A stretch of DNA of 64,000 nt from the human T2T-CHM13v2.0 reference genome, Homo sapiens. The translations under genes and the position numbers were made by a program. Every line of letters starts with the position of its first letter. Position 1 is the first letter of the stretch. The stretch is taken from the NCBI RefSeq assembly GCF_009914755.1, contig NC_060944.1. One strand, written 5' to 3'. A model generated the notes under the pieces. It had not been told where the DNA came from. It saw nothing but the letters and a program-made list of their open reading frames with translations, and did no database searches. Positions 25,681 through 51,187 of this stretch are shown here, one piece after another.

Positions 25681-28398
25681 CACTGCCAGGTGTCTGTCAG
25701 TAGCTTTTCTGCATTGGACATTGTGCCACACCCTTTATAAACCTCATGTGATTACATAGTCATGCTAATTCTATATTTTATAGAAAAAAAGAAGGCGGCA
25801 ATTGGCTTTGTAACATGATAGAAGAGTGAGAATCTGGTTTTTCTTCTCAGAACTATCTGCAATCCATGATAGAGAAGAATCACTGTATTTCTCAGCTCCT
25901 ACATTACTGGATCTTCCCTAGAGAGGTCTGATGTGGACATCCACAGTGAAGTCTTCACTGGTTTGCTGGTCTCCACCCTCAGATTTTGTTTCTCTGGTTC
26001 TAAAATGTTTAGAAACCCATATCCCCTGCCACATGAAGCATTGGCATCTTGCTCTCTGTGGCTGCACTTTTGCTTTTGCCCATTACACAGTCTGGCCTCT
26101 AGAGAAACTGGACTCTTTGATGTTCTCCAGACACAGAACTGTCCAGGCTCACATAATTCTTTCTCAAATGTTTACCTGTAGATGCCCACTCCACCATAGA
26201 TCTTTGCCTCCACAACTGCTACCTGCTTCTCTGGTTTAGGTCTACACAAACCCTGTCTATGAATCCCTCTCTGGTCCATGTAGCCAGCCATGTGTGACCC
26301 TTTTGATTTGGGGGTCTTATAGCACTTTTGTGTGCACAAGAGGAATTTTCTATCCTCCTCTTAGGGTCATTCTTACTTGTGTGTCTATTTCTGTCACCCA
26401 CCAGGCCATGAGGTCCTAGAAGATAAAGACTGAATCTCCTTCCCCATGTGATTTGCCTCTCAGAGATCACTGAGATAATCACAAACAAAAACTAGCTAAC
26501 ACTAATAATGAACATAACACTCAATAATATATTATAACCTCATAACTACTTACTAGGTACTATTACTTTCTTCATTTTAGAGATGAAATAACTGAGCCAC
26601 AGAGAGTTTAGGGAAATATGTCAAATTTACACAGATTGTAAATGGAAGAATCAGGATTTTAACCCGTGTAGTCTGACTCCATGTCATTGCCATGATGTGA
26701 GATGCCTCAGCAGTCTGCTGTCCTCAAAACTTTGTGCATTTGAGAAATTTCATGTCGAGCCACAGTTATGCTGCTTTTGAACTGGAGCTCAGAGGATGGG
26801 GCCATTTAAAATGCCAAGGTCATCACCACCTCTTATGGAACTTGACTATGATTCACAGGCATGTGTCTTGGCCCAGACCCTCCTTCTTTTTGGAATTCCC
26901 ATCTCCTATGTCACCTCATTGATTTCTCTTCATCATTTGTGATTCTGTAGATATTACATTTTCCATAAAGGTGACTTTCTAGATTGACAGAAGAAAACCC
27001 TGACAAGGGGATACAAATGAAAGTGGTTTATTTGGGAGGTAGTGCCAAGACACACTCTTGGGGCATTGAGGAAATGATACAGGGAAGAGAAGGTGCTCAA
27101 TACAGTGAGTGTGAGCTTTCAGGCTACTGCTATGGGCACCTATGGCTCAATTCTGCTGGGAACTTCTGGGAGATTGCGTAGAACATGTCTGCTCATGTCA
27201 TTCCTTGGATGAGGAATATACAGGGCTATTAGTTCTCTCACACTTACTTGTGCCATGTGCACAGGTAAGTTGGTGGGGATAGTGGCAACTGGAGTGTGGG
27301 CTAGTAAGTGCAGTGAGGTAAGACAGTGAGGAACTATCAAGGGATGTGGGCAGCTTGTCCTCCTCCCCCAGCCCTCTCTGTGCATTTGGTGCCTTTCTCT
27401 GTGCTCTCCAGTGCCATATTCTCTCCTCTGATTTCCACTTGCCTGTCTACAACCCAGAATTCTATACTGAACATTCATTGAGGATAGAGAACTTGGCTCT
27501 TTCACTTTCTTTTCTCCAGTACCAGATTTTGTTTCTAGCATAGAATGTACACTCAACAAAGACAGTAGGAGTGAAATTAAATCCATTTTATGAAAAGTCT
27601 GAAAAGCTTTCATAAATGTTGATTTAGAAATATTAATGTAGGAGAAATTCTCTTGAATAATTAAAAGAAAAATATTATATAGAAGTTGCCAGGAACAAAA
27701 AGAAAATTGCTTTGTGTAATTTGAAAAATCATCCCCAAAAATAAAATGCATAAAAAGGAAGTGTGAGAGAGGGAAAATGTAATCATCAGCCTAGAGTCCC
27801 AAAAGCAAAATAAGGTAGAAATGAAAATGAATCACAGGTGCTACAAAGCTCATTCTCTTCCACCGAACAAGGAATTGGGTAAGAAATGCAACCAGAAGCC
27901 ATATGCTGGCACCCGAGCAGTTCCAAGTGGGTTCAGGGCAAAATGATCCTCTTGGTACTTTGGTGACCTTGATAAGTGAGTGGATGAGAAGTGTGAGTGA
28001 CCACCCAGTTATGCTGTCCAGGAATACTTGACTGCCCAAAGACGGATAAAATGTTTTTCTGTGTACTTTAAGGAACTGTTAAGATCCTGCATTTCATTAT
28101 ACTTCTTTTATGTGGTTTTTAGGACCCCTAAGTCTAAGACGCCCAGAAAAGAGGAAGAGGTGAGCAGGTACAAAGTGGGGTCTGAGTTCCGCTTGTGCCT
28201 GTCTGGTAGCCTAGTACTGCCTGAAGAAGCACAAACATCTACCTGGTGCTGTTAGGTGGGCATTTGCGGTCATAATTAGGGCTGTCTTCTGAGTATTTCA
28301 GTTTCTTCTCATGAGTGCAAGGCAGGATTGTTCTTCTTCTTCCTTTGAGTTTGGTGTGGTCATGACTTGCTATGGTGATGAAGAAGAAGTGAGATGTC
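25680..28398. repeat. Duplicated block B1, paralog of ~39038-42030
   Basis: Both follow a (CAY)n tract and share acctcatgtgatta, tggacatccacagtgaa, cagagatcactgaga..atcacaaac, gttccaagtgggttcagggcaaaat. Confidence 0.9.
26520..26680. mobile_element. MIR (paralog at ~39860-40030)
   Basis: MIR core cattttagagatgaaataactgagccacagagag. Confidence 0.75.
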
Positions 28399-28419
28399 TA
28401 GTCATCATGCTGGTTCTCT

Positions 28420-31225
<2,806 letters not shown>

Positions 31226-31231
31226 TCAAGG

Positions 31232-34160
31232 GCTGACAGCAACAAGCTGTTCCTGTCATGCTCTGCTGCCTGCACATGGGCTGGGGGTCAGGGGGTCTGG
31301 TGCTGGCTTGGCTTGTGTCTTCATGCTGGGGCCCATGCTGAAGGGGTCGTGCCCGTCTGGGCCAAGTTCTTCTCATGGAAGCTCAGATGAGAGGAGGAGG
31401 ACCAGCCTCTCACACACACAGGGTTAAGGGTTCTGTGCTTGTCCCATGTGTTAACATCCTATGGGCCAAGCAAGACCCATGACCATGCACAATGGCAATG
31501 GGGATCTACTCTGCATTTTCTGGAGAGAGGTGCTGCTAGCTGCATGGCACAGGGCATGGATGTATACTTTAGTTCCAGCAAGGGAGCCAACTGTCCATCC
31601 ACCCTGCCACACTCCCCTGAATCTTGGAAATACACTGCTGTGACATGGCACATATGCGCCCAGGAAGCAGGTGGATTTCATGCTGGCAGTGGTTGGCTGA
31701 ACTCTTGCTATCAAGGCTGACTTTTTTCTGTCTCCTCTGTTCCATCCTGGGATGTCTGGGAAGTGTTGGCCTCTAAGGAGTCCTCCAAGTGCGGAGAGTT
31801 CCCTTTTCAGGCCCTCTCTTTCTTCTCTATAAAAATGAGCAGGTCAAAGGCCATGGCTTCAGAGAGTCCTTTTTAGGCCTATAGTTTGTGATCCATTGAT
31901 TACTGTGTTATTCCGGATGAAGAATTTACCCCCTTCTACCTCCATTCCCACCTCTACCCATTGCTGGCAATGTGGTACCAGACTCACAGGCCCATCCTGG
32001 TGGGGGTGTGCATGTGGGAGAGGGGGCTTATGGTGAAAACCCAGGAGGAAACAGAAGAAGGGGACTGGGAAACAGTAGTGACCCCCCTGTGCTGCAGAGG
32101 GAGGTGCAGGTAGAGTGAGTGGTGGGGAACGTGGCTGTCCCTTGTGAGGCAACACGTCTGGTGGAAGCAGAGGGCGCTTGTTCCTCAACCTCTGCCCATG
32201 CATTCTCTCCAGTGCGCCAGTCCCTGCCGTCTCACACCCCGTTTCTCTGCTCCAAGGAACAGTACAGGGTGTGGACACTGGTGAAGCTCATCCTTAATAA
32301 CCAGCTGCCCTGAAGCTTCATGGTGCTGCGGCTTGGCTGGGAAGTCCATGCTAGGCTGGAAAGCATGAGCCGGGACCTTCCAACAAGCTGAGCACACAGG
32401 CCTGTGCATGTTGGGTGGGGCTGGGGTCTCAGTGCTGAGGCAGCACTTTGCTGTATTTTCAATTTTTAATTTCTTGTAAAAGATAAAAAGATGATGGAAT
32501 TATGTCAGGAGGACACAGGAAGCAGCTTAAAGGGGCTCTCACTAGTCAACTCAGATATTTTAAACATTCAAATAAGTGATAGTAACAGATTACAACTCAT
32601 TGAATAAAATAAGAAACCGTGAGTCTTCTAGAACTGTGGATAAATAGATGATTAACAAATAGAGAGATAGAAAGATACATACAGATAAAGGAGAAAAGTT
32701 CTTCCTTGGAGTAAAAAGAATGCCATTAATGAATATATAAAAAAAGAAGCAATTTTATTTTTCTATATTCATTAGAAAATAAATAATAAACTTTTTTATT
32801 GTAGTTTTGAAGTGACTTCAAACTTACAAAAAGCAGCAAGAGTAATATAAAGAGCTCCTGTACACACCCAGACCCTCCCACTCCTCACATTGTGTCTCGC
32901 GCGCTTTTCCCTCTTTCTATATGTGTATGCACTGTTACAGCTTTTCCTGAGCCATTTCAGAGCAAGCTGCAGGTGTGACTCCTTTTGTCCTTAGACATTC
33001 TCATGTGTGTCCCCTAAGGCCAAGGACATTCTCCAGCACAGCCTCAGTGCAGTGAGCGGAATCACGGCACTAGCATGGGTCCACACTGTCGTCTAATCTG
33101 TCGTCCAGGCAATTCATCAACCGTGTGTCGTTGTCAGGCCGCCTCAGTCTCCTCTGATCTGAAACAGTTTCTCAGTCTTTCTTATCTTTGTAATCTTGTC
33201 ATTTTTGAAGATAACCGGCGATTTCATAGAATGTCCTCAGCTGGGCTTTGTCAATGGATGAGATTCAGGCTATGCAGATTTTCAGAGAAGAATTGTAGAT
33301 GTGATCTTGTGTCCCTCATTACCTCCTACCAGGAGGCCATAACAACGCTGTCCCATGGCTGATAGACACTAACCTTGATCTCTAGATTCAGATGGTATCT
33401 GACAGGTCTCTCCACAGTACAGTTTACTTTTCTCTCCTTTATATTTAGTAAGTGTTTCATGGAGAAATACTTTGAAATATATATTTATGTCTTACTTATA
33501 AAGTTTTCACTTTTGCTTTCTAGCTTTAGCATACAATAATAATTCCTGTTTGAATCAGTTGTTATTATGATTGCTTTCAAATTATATTCATAAGTTCGTT
33601 TTTTAAAAATACTTATAAATGACATTCATTCTACTGCAAGGAAACACTTTACTCTTTTCCCTATCTATCCATCTATCTGTTAGACATCAATTTTTCCATA
33701 GATCTATCTGACTCATGGCTTCTTATTTTACTCAAGGAGTTATAATCTATTGCTCTTGTTTATTAGAATGTGAAAATTACCTCAGGGTAGGTTAGTGGAA
33801 GCCCCTTTAAGCTGCTTCCTGTGTCCTCTTGATATGTTTCCATCATTATTTGAGCCTATCCTTACTTTCTGATATAACAAGAAGTTCCGGATTTATGTTT
33901 TACTTTCTCTGATCCAAGGTGAAAATCAGTGGTTGGAATCTGCAGTGAATGTAGAAAGGAATTCCCGCGTGCTGCCTGTACTCACCGCTCCTGGAATGCC
34001 GTGAGGCCTCAGTCAGTGGTTCTCAACCTGGGGCAATTTTGCTTCCCAGGGCACATTTGGTAATGTCTAGGATGTCTTTGGTTGTTCCGATTTGTAAGGC
34101 AGGTGCTACTGGCATTTAGGGAGAGAGGGAAGGGATGCTGATCAACATTCTGCAATGCAC
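31232..34160. repeat. Duplicated block C2, paralog of 11290-13885
   Basis: Colinear with C1; has ~320 bp (32480-32795, old L1MC-like 3' piece) that is absent from C1. Confidence 0.88.
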
Positions 34161-34230
34161 AGGACATTTCCAGAAAAAGAATTCCTAGGTCTCAAATGGC
34201 CACAGTGCAGAAGGTGAGGCAACTTGTTCT
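34013..34230 (+). mobile_element. MER20
   Basis: cagtggttctcaacctggggcaattttgc...tgctactggcatttag...cattctgcaatgcacaggaca. Confidence 0.85.
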
Positions 34231-34498
34231 TGGCCTTGTCTGTTGGTCAGTGCTACAAAATACATACAAAAACTTACCCACGTGTAGATAGCTATTGTTC
34301 TATTACATATTTATGTATTAAAAACTCTAAGTTATTATTGACACCAAACCCAATGCAATGAGATTCTTTCCAGTCCCCTCCTTTCTATAGTTGTGACTCC
34401 TTTCTTGGACAATTATAAACCTTCATTCCATTATAATCAATATATTTACTTGCTTTCTGTGTACTAGAACTCACAGAAAGTGAAACATTATTCTAGAT

Positions 34499-34811
34499 CA
34501 GTGTTTCCCAATTTATCTTCACAGGACACTCTTTCTCATGGTTGCTGATACATGTTAGCCCTTCCCCTCAAAACACAAAGGGTATGAGGAACAGAATCAT
34601 CTAGAAAAGTTGGAAGAGAATTAATCAGATTCTTATCACAAGTATTTTTTGTTTTAATGAATATTCTAATGTGCATTGGTATCTCTGAATGGAGGCTTTT
34701 GTATACAGAATAATTTCAATGTATTTTTCAGGGAATCTTTGAAAATGTAATTAGCAGCATATATTAACTCATAGCCACATTTGTGCTGTGTGCAACAGTT
34801 TGCAAACACTG
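34499..34811. mobile_element. hAT-Charlie MITE with terminal inverted repeats and an 8-bp TSD
   Basis: CAGTGTTTCCCAA ... TTGCAAACACTG ends, flanked by TTCTAGAT and TTTTAGAT. Confidence 0.7.
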
Positions 34812-35979
34812 TTTTAGATCTTTTGCACCCTGCAAGGAGTTTTTCTAGATTTTTTCATGAACATAAAGAATTTCATGCTTTTGAGGAAATTCATTACTGA
34901 GAAATATTTATACAGCAGGTTTTCTCTGTACTAGTACACTATTACATGAGACTGTGTATGTGTGTATGAGATTGTGTGTGTGCATGCACCTGAACAAGGC
35001 ACCAATCCCTCAGGAGCCTGAGAGCTGCCCACTACGGGTCCCCTGATGGCTCACTCCATTCAACAGCTCTTGTGTTCCCCCGGAAGCCCTCATTGCTCTT
35101 CTCTGAGGTCTCTGGGTTCCCACTGCAGCATTTGTTATCACTGTTGTAGTTCAGCAGCACCATGGCATTTTCCTAGGGTAGCATCACATTGGAGATGCAC
35201 TCGCTTTACCTCCTGTGCTTCCTACCAGTGGGCTCAACCTACTCCAAGGCAAGCTCTTCTCATGAGACTCCCAGGCTGAGAAGGAAAGAAAGGGGTGTCT
35301 ATCAGCTGCCATGTCTATGCCTCTCTGCCTCCTTTTTTCCATGCACATGGCGCACTGCCTACTTGCTCAATGCTGTGGTCTCAGCTCTAGCACAGGAATC
35401 AGTAGGGAATTAGTTGACTGAATGAATGGATTCTCTAACAATCTTTACAAAATGTGTTTTCCACATTTTTCAGACAAGGAACCTGCAACAAAAAGTGTCA
35501 GTCCCTACACTGTGATCTCATCACTGCTCAGCACTCATTCAGTCAAAATAAGGTTATGGTGTGACTGCTGTATGCTAGGAACTATATTCTCATCAGAAAA
35601 GGAATCTCTCTATATTTTGGGAATACATGAAGAACAAAATGATGATGTGTAAGAGGTTCTTGCCAAACTGCTCGGCACAGAGAAGCCCTGGAGAAAGGGT
35701 GAGAGTGTTGCTGGTGTGGGCTCTGTTGGCTGGGTTCCAGGACTCTTCTTCTGGGACACCCTGTGCTTCCTGCCACCCTCCCCAGGGTCATTTCTTATCC
35801 TTCCCCAGTTGCATTTTGATATTTCCTTTAAGATTTCACTATTTTTCAAAAGATGGAAAAGTAATTAAAACACTAACCATCAAAACAGCAGTTCTCACAA
35901 GTAGTCATCATCACCTCATGGGAGCTGCCAGCAAGCTATCCACATGGAATCATCTTATCCACACTGGGAAAGTCTCTGA

Positions 35980-36700
35980 AACACCCATAAAGGCATGTTC
36001 ATCCAGTATGCACACTGAGTGTCCTCCACATTCCACAGATTGTGAGAAGCACAGACACATTACAGAGAATGAGATGGATACAATATTGCCTTCAATGAAC
36101 TGGTTGCCAAGTCAAATTCTAACTGCAGAGAATGATCAGGAAAGATCAATTTGAGGAAATAACATTTGAGCTAGACTTTTAAGGAGGAGAAAGAGCCAGC
36201 TGCAGAAAGCCAACAAGAGGGGTGTTTGATGCAAAGAAAATCATAAACCGACCCCCAGCTGGAAATGATCCTAACCTGTGGAAGCTCCTGAATTGAGTGA
36301 GGGACTGGCCGGCAGGAGAGGTAAGCAGACTGGGTTTGGTGGATGAGCAGATATCAATTCCTGCCATGCCTTGCACACCGTGCTGAAGAATTTCTATTTT
36401 ACTCCAAGTGAAATGAGAAGCCTTTGAAAGCTTTTACCAGGACATGACAAGACACCTTTTATATTATTAGAAGGCTGGCATGGCCACAGGGAAGGAACGG
36501 GCTTCTAGTTGGTGAGAATGGGAGGGCGGAGAACAGTCAGGAGGACATTGCATTTCCTCAGGAAAGAGAGGATAGTGGCCTGTGCCTGTGCCGTGGCCAG
36601 GAGGTGGAGCACAGGAGACTGAGGATGCCTGTGAGAGGTGGCGGGGCAGGACTTGCTGAGGGCTGGGTTGAGGGCGCAGTGAGGAGGAAAGAACAGAACT
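35980..36700. mobile_element. L2 fragment
   Basis: gaggaaataacatttgagctagac..gaatttctattttactccaagtgaaatgagaagcctttgaa motifs. Confidence 0.6.
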
Positions 36701-38194
36701 GCAGCCCAGGCCTGAGTAAGTTACAGGATGGTTACTCAGCCAAGGCAGAGGTGAGGATGAGCAGATTTTCAGGGCTGGGGCTTTGGAGAGGAATCCAGAG
36801 CTGTTCCCACAGAGGCTTGGGATGTCACCCATGTAGGACTGTGGATCTCAAATGCTACTCCCTGGATCCAGCCTGGATGTTCAGGTTTTACCAGAGTGCA
36901 GGGGAGGGCACCTCTCGATTTTGATCATGGACTTCATATGGTGCAGTACCACATGGTTTTCCATTATGAATTAGTGATAGTCAATTTTAGTCTTTGCCAA
37001 CCATATTTGGAAAATCAACATTAGCAGTCCTTAATCCAAAAAAGCATGGATTACAGGAACCCAGAGTCTATAACCCATCGCTTGGAAGGTGTCTGAGAGG
37101 GATCCTGGGCTGTGTCCGAGTTGGCAGGCAGGGTGGGTGGCTGATTTCTGAGAGACAGAGGGCATCTGACGGAAACTAAGGCGGGAAGAGGCTCACAGAG
37201 TGGCAATCATCCAACCTCACAATAAAGAAGAGGACAATATTTTGAAATGTGACATGTGAAGATGAAGACATCATGAAGAGAATCTTCCAAGGGGCAGAGA
37301 AACCAAAAGCTACAGGGCAATTCCTTTGCCCACAGCCACCTGCCCTGAAAATCCTGCTGGGTTCATGAGTTTGCAGAGAACCTCTGTAAGGTGGGGCCTG
37401 CATCCTCCACTTCACACACTGACCACCAGAGGGAAGCACTCACCCACTGATGTCCAGTCCCTCAGGTCCCTCTACTCCAGCTTCACCCTGGGGAGCAGGC
37501 TCTGAAAGTGGCCCTGGGGTCGACATAGGGTCTGCCTTGAAGGAAGAAGCTCTACAAACTAAACACTCCCTGAGTGCTGTATGGGTTCTGCAGAGGCCCC
37601 TCTGCTTGGCTCTGTCCTTGCTGCTCTGGGTTACCTGGGTGTGCAGGGTTTTATTGCTCAGAGCCATGGCCAGTAGATGGCACAGCCTCCTGTTCCTGCA
37701 GCTGTCCCCACAGCCCCTGCTGGACAGGCCCAGAATGGACCCTCTCAGAAGACAAGGACTCTCTCAGGGTGGGTGATGAACATGTGGACACCTCTGTGGA
37801 CAAGACTGGTTTCTTTCCTCTCTTTCACTCTTCCCCCTTCCGCTTATCTCCCTGTTCACTCTCTTCCTTCCCTCCCCCTTTACTAAAGCTACTCATCTCC
37901 CAACTACTTCTTATTCATGGTCCCTTCTGGAGGTCAGAAGTATGAATGCCAGGGAAAATCTACTTTTGTTCCTGTGGTTAACAGGGACACGCGATTCATT
38001 TGTGGTTAACAGGGACTCGCGATTCATTTGTGGCAGACACAGTTTTCCATCCACGATGAGGAGTCTAAGGAGAAGATTTACCTGAGTCCCGACCTGATAA
38101 ATCTCTAGAGGGTAGAACTCTCTTACTAGTACCTGGCCAGGCCTGGTGCTTACATTCTACTCCAAATAGCTTCATCCTCTCCCATAAAACATAG

Positions 38195-39037
38195 TATCAC
38201 CACCATCTCCATCCAAGCCATCACCATTATCATCACGACAATCACCACTGTCCCATCACCATCACCGTTATCACCACTGTTGTAACCATCATCACTAGTG
38301 TCACCATCATTATCTCCACCAACATCACCATCAATCTCAGTACCATCAGCACATTTATCCCCATTATCATCAACACCCCATCACCACTATTACCATCACT
38401 ATCAACCACCATCACCATCACCGCCATCACCATCATTATCAACACCATTGCCATTGCCATAATTATTACTACTAACATCACCATCACCACCATCACCACA
38501 ACCACCACCATTACCATCATCACTACCATCACCACCACCATTGCCATCACCATCACCACCACAGTCACCATGGTAATCCTCATCAGTAACACCATCATCT
38601 TCATAACTACCATTACCAGTATCAACATGACCACCATAACCACCATCATCACCACATCACTATCTTCATTACCATCATCATCACCATAATCACCGCCACT
38701 CTCACCACCATCATCATTATCATCACCACCATCTTCTCCCTTATCACCACCATCACCATTACTGCCACCACCATCACCATCAGCACTTTTGCCACATCAT
38801 AACCACTACCACCACCATCACCAATATTATCACCACCATCATCACTACCATCACCACGCTATGACCATTATTACCAACATGACCACTGCAATCCCCATCA
38901 TCACTGTCACTATCACCACCATTACTATCATCACCAGAATCACCACTGCTGCTATAGCATCATCATTAGCATCTTCACCACCATCACCATCTCCACCTCC
39001 ACAATACCATCATCATCACCATCATCATTATCATCGT

Positions 39038-39040
<3 letters not shown>
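38195..39040. repeat. Degenerate (CAC/CAT)n trinucleotide tract
   Basis: Direct reading. Confidence 0.95.
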
Positions 39041-42030
<2,990 letters not shown>

Positions 42031-43199
42031 TCCAGTTGCACTTGGGGAAAGCTGGTGCTTATTGCCTTGGCCCCTGATACTGTTGTGAGGGTGTCTTCTC
42101 CATCATCTTGGGATCCAGAGTGAGCACAACATAGTTCAGCACCCCGACACACATGCAGTGCATCTATACAAATAGCAGTCACAGTAATGGAATGGTATGT
42201 TGCTGTCTTAAGTCCCTCGTACTTTTTTTTGTTACCACAGCATAACACAGCTCATCCTGACTGATGCCACCATTTCCAGATAAGAGAAATGCGACTGAGA
42301 AAGATTAAGATATTTTCTTAAGATTGGACATTGTGTTCCTACCCATTGTGCTTGCCTTATAGGTATGTGTTCTGGTTTTGACAATTAAGATATAGACAAA
42401 ATGAGGGCAGAAACATTTGATTATTTACTCAGAGCAGGAGAGGGAGAAAGAGAATTAATGTGAAAGGAAGAAGATATGTAAGGAGGAAAAATAATAAACT
42501 AGGAACCAAGCACATGCAATCTTTATAATTTCTTAGAGTTTTCTTCCCTTTTGAAAGTCTGTTTTATTTTAAAAAAGGAAGGAGGATCTTCCATTAATTT
42601 TATAGGACATCTCATGCTTTTTGTAAAACAGAGTTTTATTCATTTTCCACTAAATGCAAATATTTATTGCCCATCTACTATACACTATACATTCACCTTT
42701 GTTCTGCATATTTCTCCTCTTTTTAAAAGGTATAATTTGTCAACATTCAGTTCATAGATTTATAGCCAAATGTTGTCTGTATACCTATTGGTTTCACTTT
42801 GATCTCCTATATCCAGAAAAAGTAAATAATCAAGAAAAGACTTTAATAACTAATTATAAGATAAACATTAAGGCTTCTGTGTACACTATAGAGTTTGTTT
42901 TAAAATTATTTTTGTACTCATTCATTCATTTCTCTTAATTTTTTTTCCAGTTGAAAGAGAGTTTATTTAAGCACAGAGATCAAGCAAGAGTGGAGCACAG
43001 GACACACTTTCAGGTTGCCTTGGGGACTGCTCTGTAGAACAAAAAATCAAACTCAAGATTTTAAGGAAAAAAAGTACAAGTGAAGAGAAGGCGTGATTAC
43101 CAAAGTTGTTGATCTAATTCTCATTGATTTACAGAAATAACAGTGGCTAATGATCAGCTATACATTGTTGAATTATAGGATGTATGGCATTTAAAAATG

Positions 43200-49260
<6,061 letters not shown>

Positions 49261-49314
49261 TCTTTGAGTATGCTCTGTAGGCCCATGAGAAGAATGTATG
49301 TTCTGTGGTTGATG

Positions 49315-49952
49315 TGAGAGGTGAAGACAGCTAGGCTTCTGGGTCAGGTGGGGACTTGGAGAACTCTTCTGTCTAGCTAAAGGATTGTCAATGCACCAAT
49401 CAATGCTCTGTGTCTAGCTAAAGATTTGTAAATGCACCAACCAGCACTCTGTAAAATGGACCAATCAGCAGGATGTGGGTGGGGGCAAATAAGGGAATAA
49501 AAGCTGGCCACCTGAGCCAGCAGCTGCTACCTGCTTGGGTTGCCTTGCATGTTGTGGAAGCTTTGTTCTTTCGCTGTTCACAATAAATCTTGCTGCTGCT
49601 CACTCTTTGGGTCTGCACTACCTTTATGAGCTGTAACCCTCACCATGAAGGTCTGCAATTTCACTCCTGAAGTCAGTGAGACCATGAACCCACCAGGAGG
49701 AATGAACAACTCCAGATGCGCCACCTTTAAGAGCTGTAACACTCACTGTGAAGGTCTGTGGCTTCACTTCTGAAGTCAGCAAGACCACAAACCCAGCAGA
49801 AGGAATAAACTCCAGACACATCTGAACTTCAGAAGGAACAACTCTGGACACACCATCTTTAAGAACTGTAACACCCACCACGAGGGTCCACGGCTTCATT
49901 CTTGAAGTCAGCAAGACCAAGAATCCACCAGAAATAACCAATTCTGAACACA
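49315..49952 (+). mobile_element. 5' LTR12
   Basis: CCAAT-rich U3 repeats, gggaataaaagctgg TATA-like box, U5 repeats. Confidence 0.92.
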
Positions 49953-51187
49953 TTTTGGTGACCACGAAGGCACTATCACCTATTACCAAGCAGTGAGTAC
50001 CATCAGACCCATTTTGCTATTTATTGTGTCCTATTTTTCCTTAGAACTTGGGTGCTAAATACTGGGCACCTGTCAGCCAGTTAAAAGTGACTAGCGCAGC
50101 CACCAGACTAAAGACATGGGTGTCAGGCTTTCTGGGAAAAGGCTCTCTAACAACCCCCAACTCTTTAAAGTTGGGAGCGTTGGTTTGCCTGGAACCAGCT
50201 TCCACTTTTCCTGTACTTCTGGGCTGAGCTGGGGGTCAACAGAGAGGAAAGCCATTCAGCTCTCAGGGTCAACAATTTGGTTGACCCTGGGGCCATGAGT
50301 GGAACTCTCAAAGTCATGTCGCCCAAGCAAGACTCGCCCATCTATCCTATCTATCCTATCTCTCCTGACCCTTGCCTCCTGGATTCTAATGCTTGTCAGA
50401 CAAACTTCCTCTCACCTCTCTTCTCTGAGGCTAGTCCCACTTCTAAAAACTACTTCCTGTCTCTGGTGCTTTTCTAGTTTCTCCTGTAAGAGTGATTTCT
50501 AGTATAAACTTCAGGACTCTGTTACCTTCTTTAGGCTCCCTGGTTCACCAATCAGAAAGACAAAATTTTTGCCCAAAGCCCCATCACAGGGGGGACTATC
50601 TGGAATTTTAGGATCCCTCCTCAGACAAGCAGGCCTAGAGAAGCTATTCTGGAAGCTAGGATATGGGGAGCTTCAGAAATGATATCCTTCCTATTCATAT
50701 AAGTGAGGACAAAAAGGCATCACTCTTCCAACTCTGATGATCCCTCCCCTCCCTCAGGCTATGGCCCTCCACTTCATTTTTCAGGCATAACATCTTTATA
50801 GGACAGAGTTAAAGTCCCAACACTAACATGAGAATGCTTAGGACTAACAGGTTTTCAAGAATGTGTTGGTAAAGACCACTAAATCCAATTTTTCTCAGTC
50901 TTCTTTGTGGTCTAGGAGGACAGGCAAGGGTGCAGGTTTTCAAGAATGCATTGGTAAGGGCCACTAAATCTGACCTTCCTCAGTCCTCCTTGTGGAAGAA
51001 AACTAACGTTTCTGTTGCTGCATTGGTGAGTGAAACTATTCCAATCAGCAGGGTCCAGGGACTGTTGCATGTTCTTGGGCAAGAGGTGTTTCTGCTGCTG
51101 CATCGGTGAGTGCAACTACTCCAATCAGCAGGTCCCAAGGACCATTTTGGGTTCTTGGGCAGGGGGAGAAACAAGCAAACCAAAACC

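Noticed and set aside
25038-25740. 184-aa and 227-aa Met/Val- or Thr/Ile-rich ORFs (also 38242-39052)
   Set aside because: Artefacts of stop-poor (CAY)n repeats; no splice or promoter support.
27140-27751. 203-aa ORF, and the 175-aa ORF at 35627-36154
   Set aside because: No recognisable domain; overlaps decayed LTR/L2 sequence. The 203-aa frame is not preserved in paralogous block B2.
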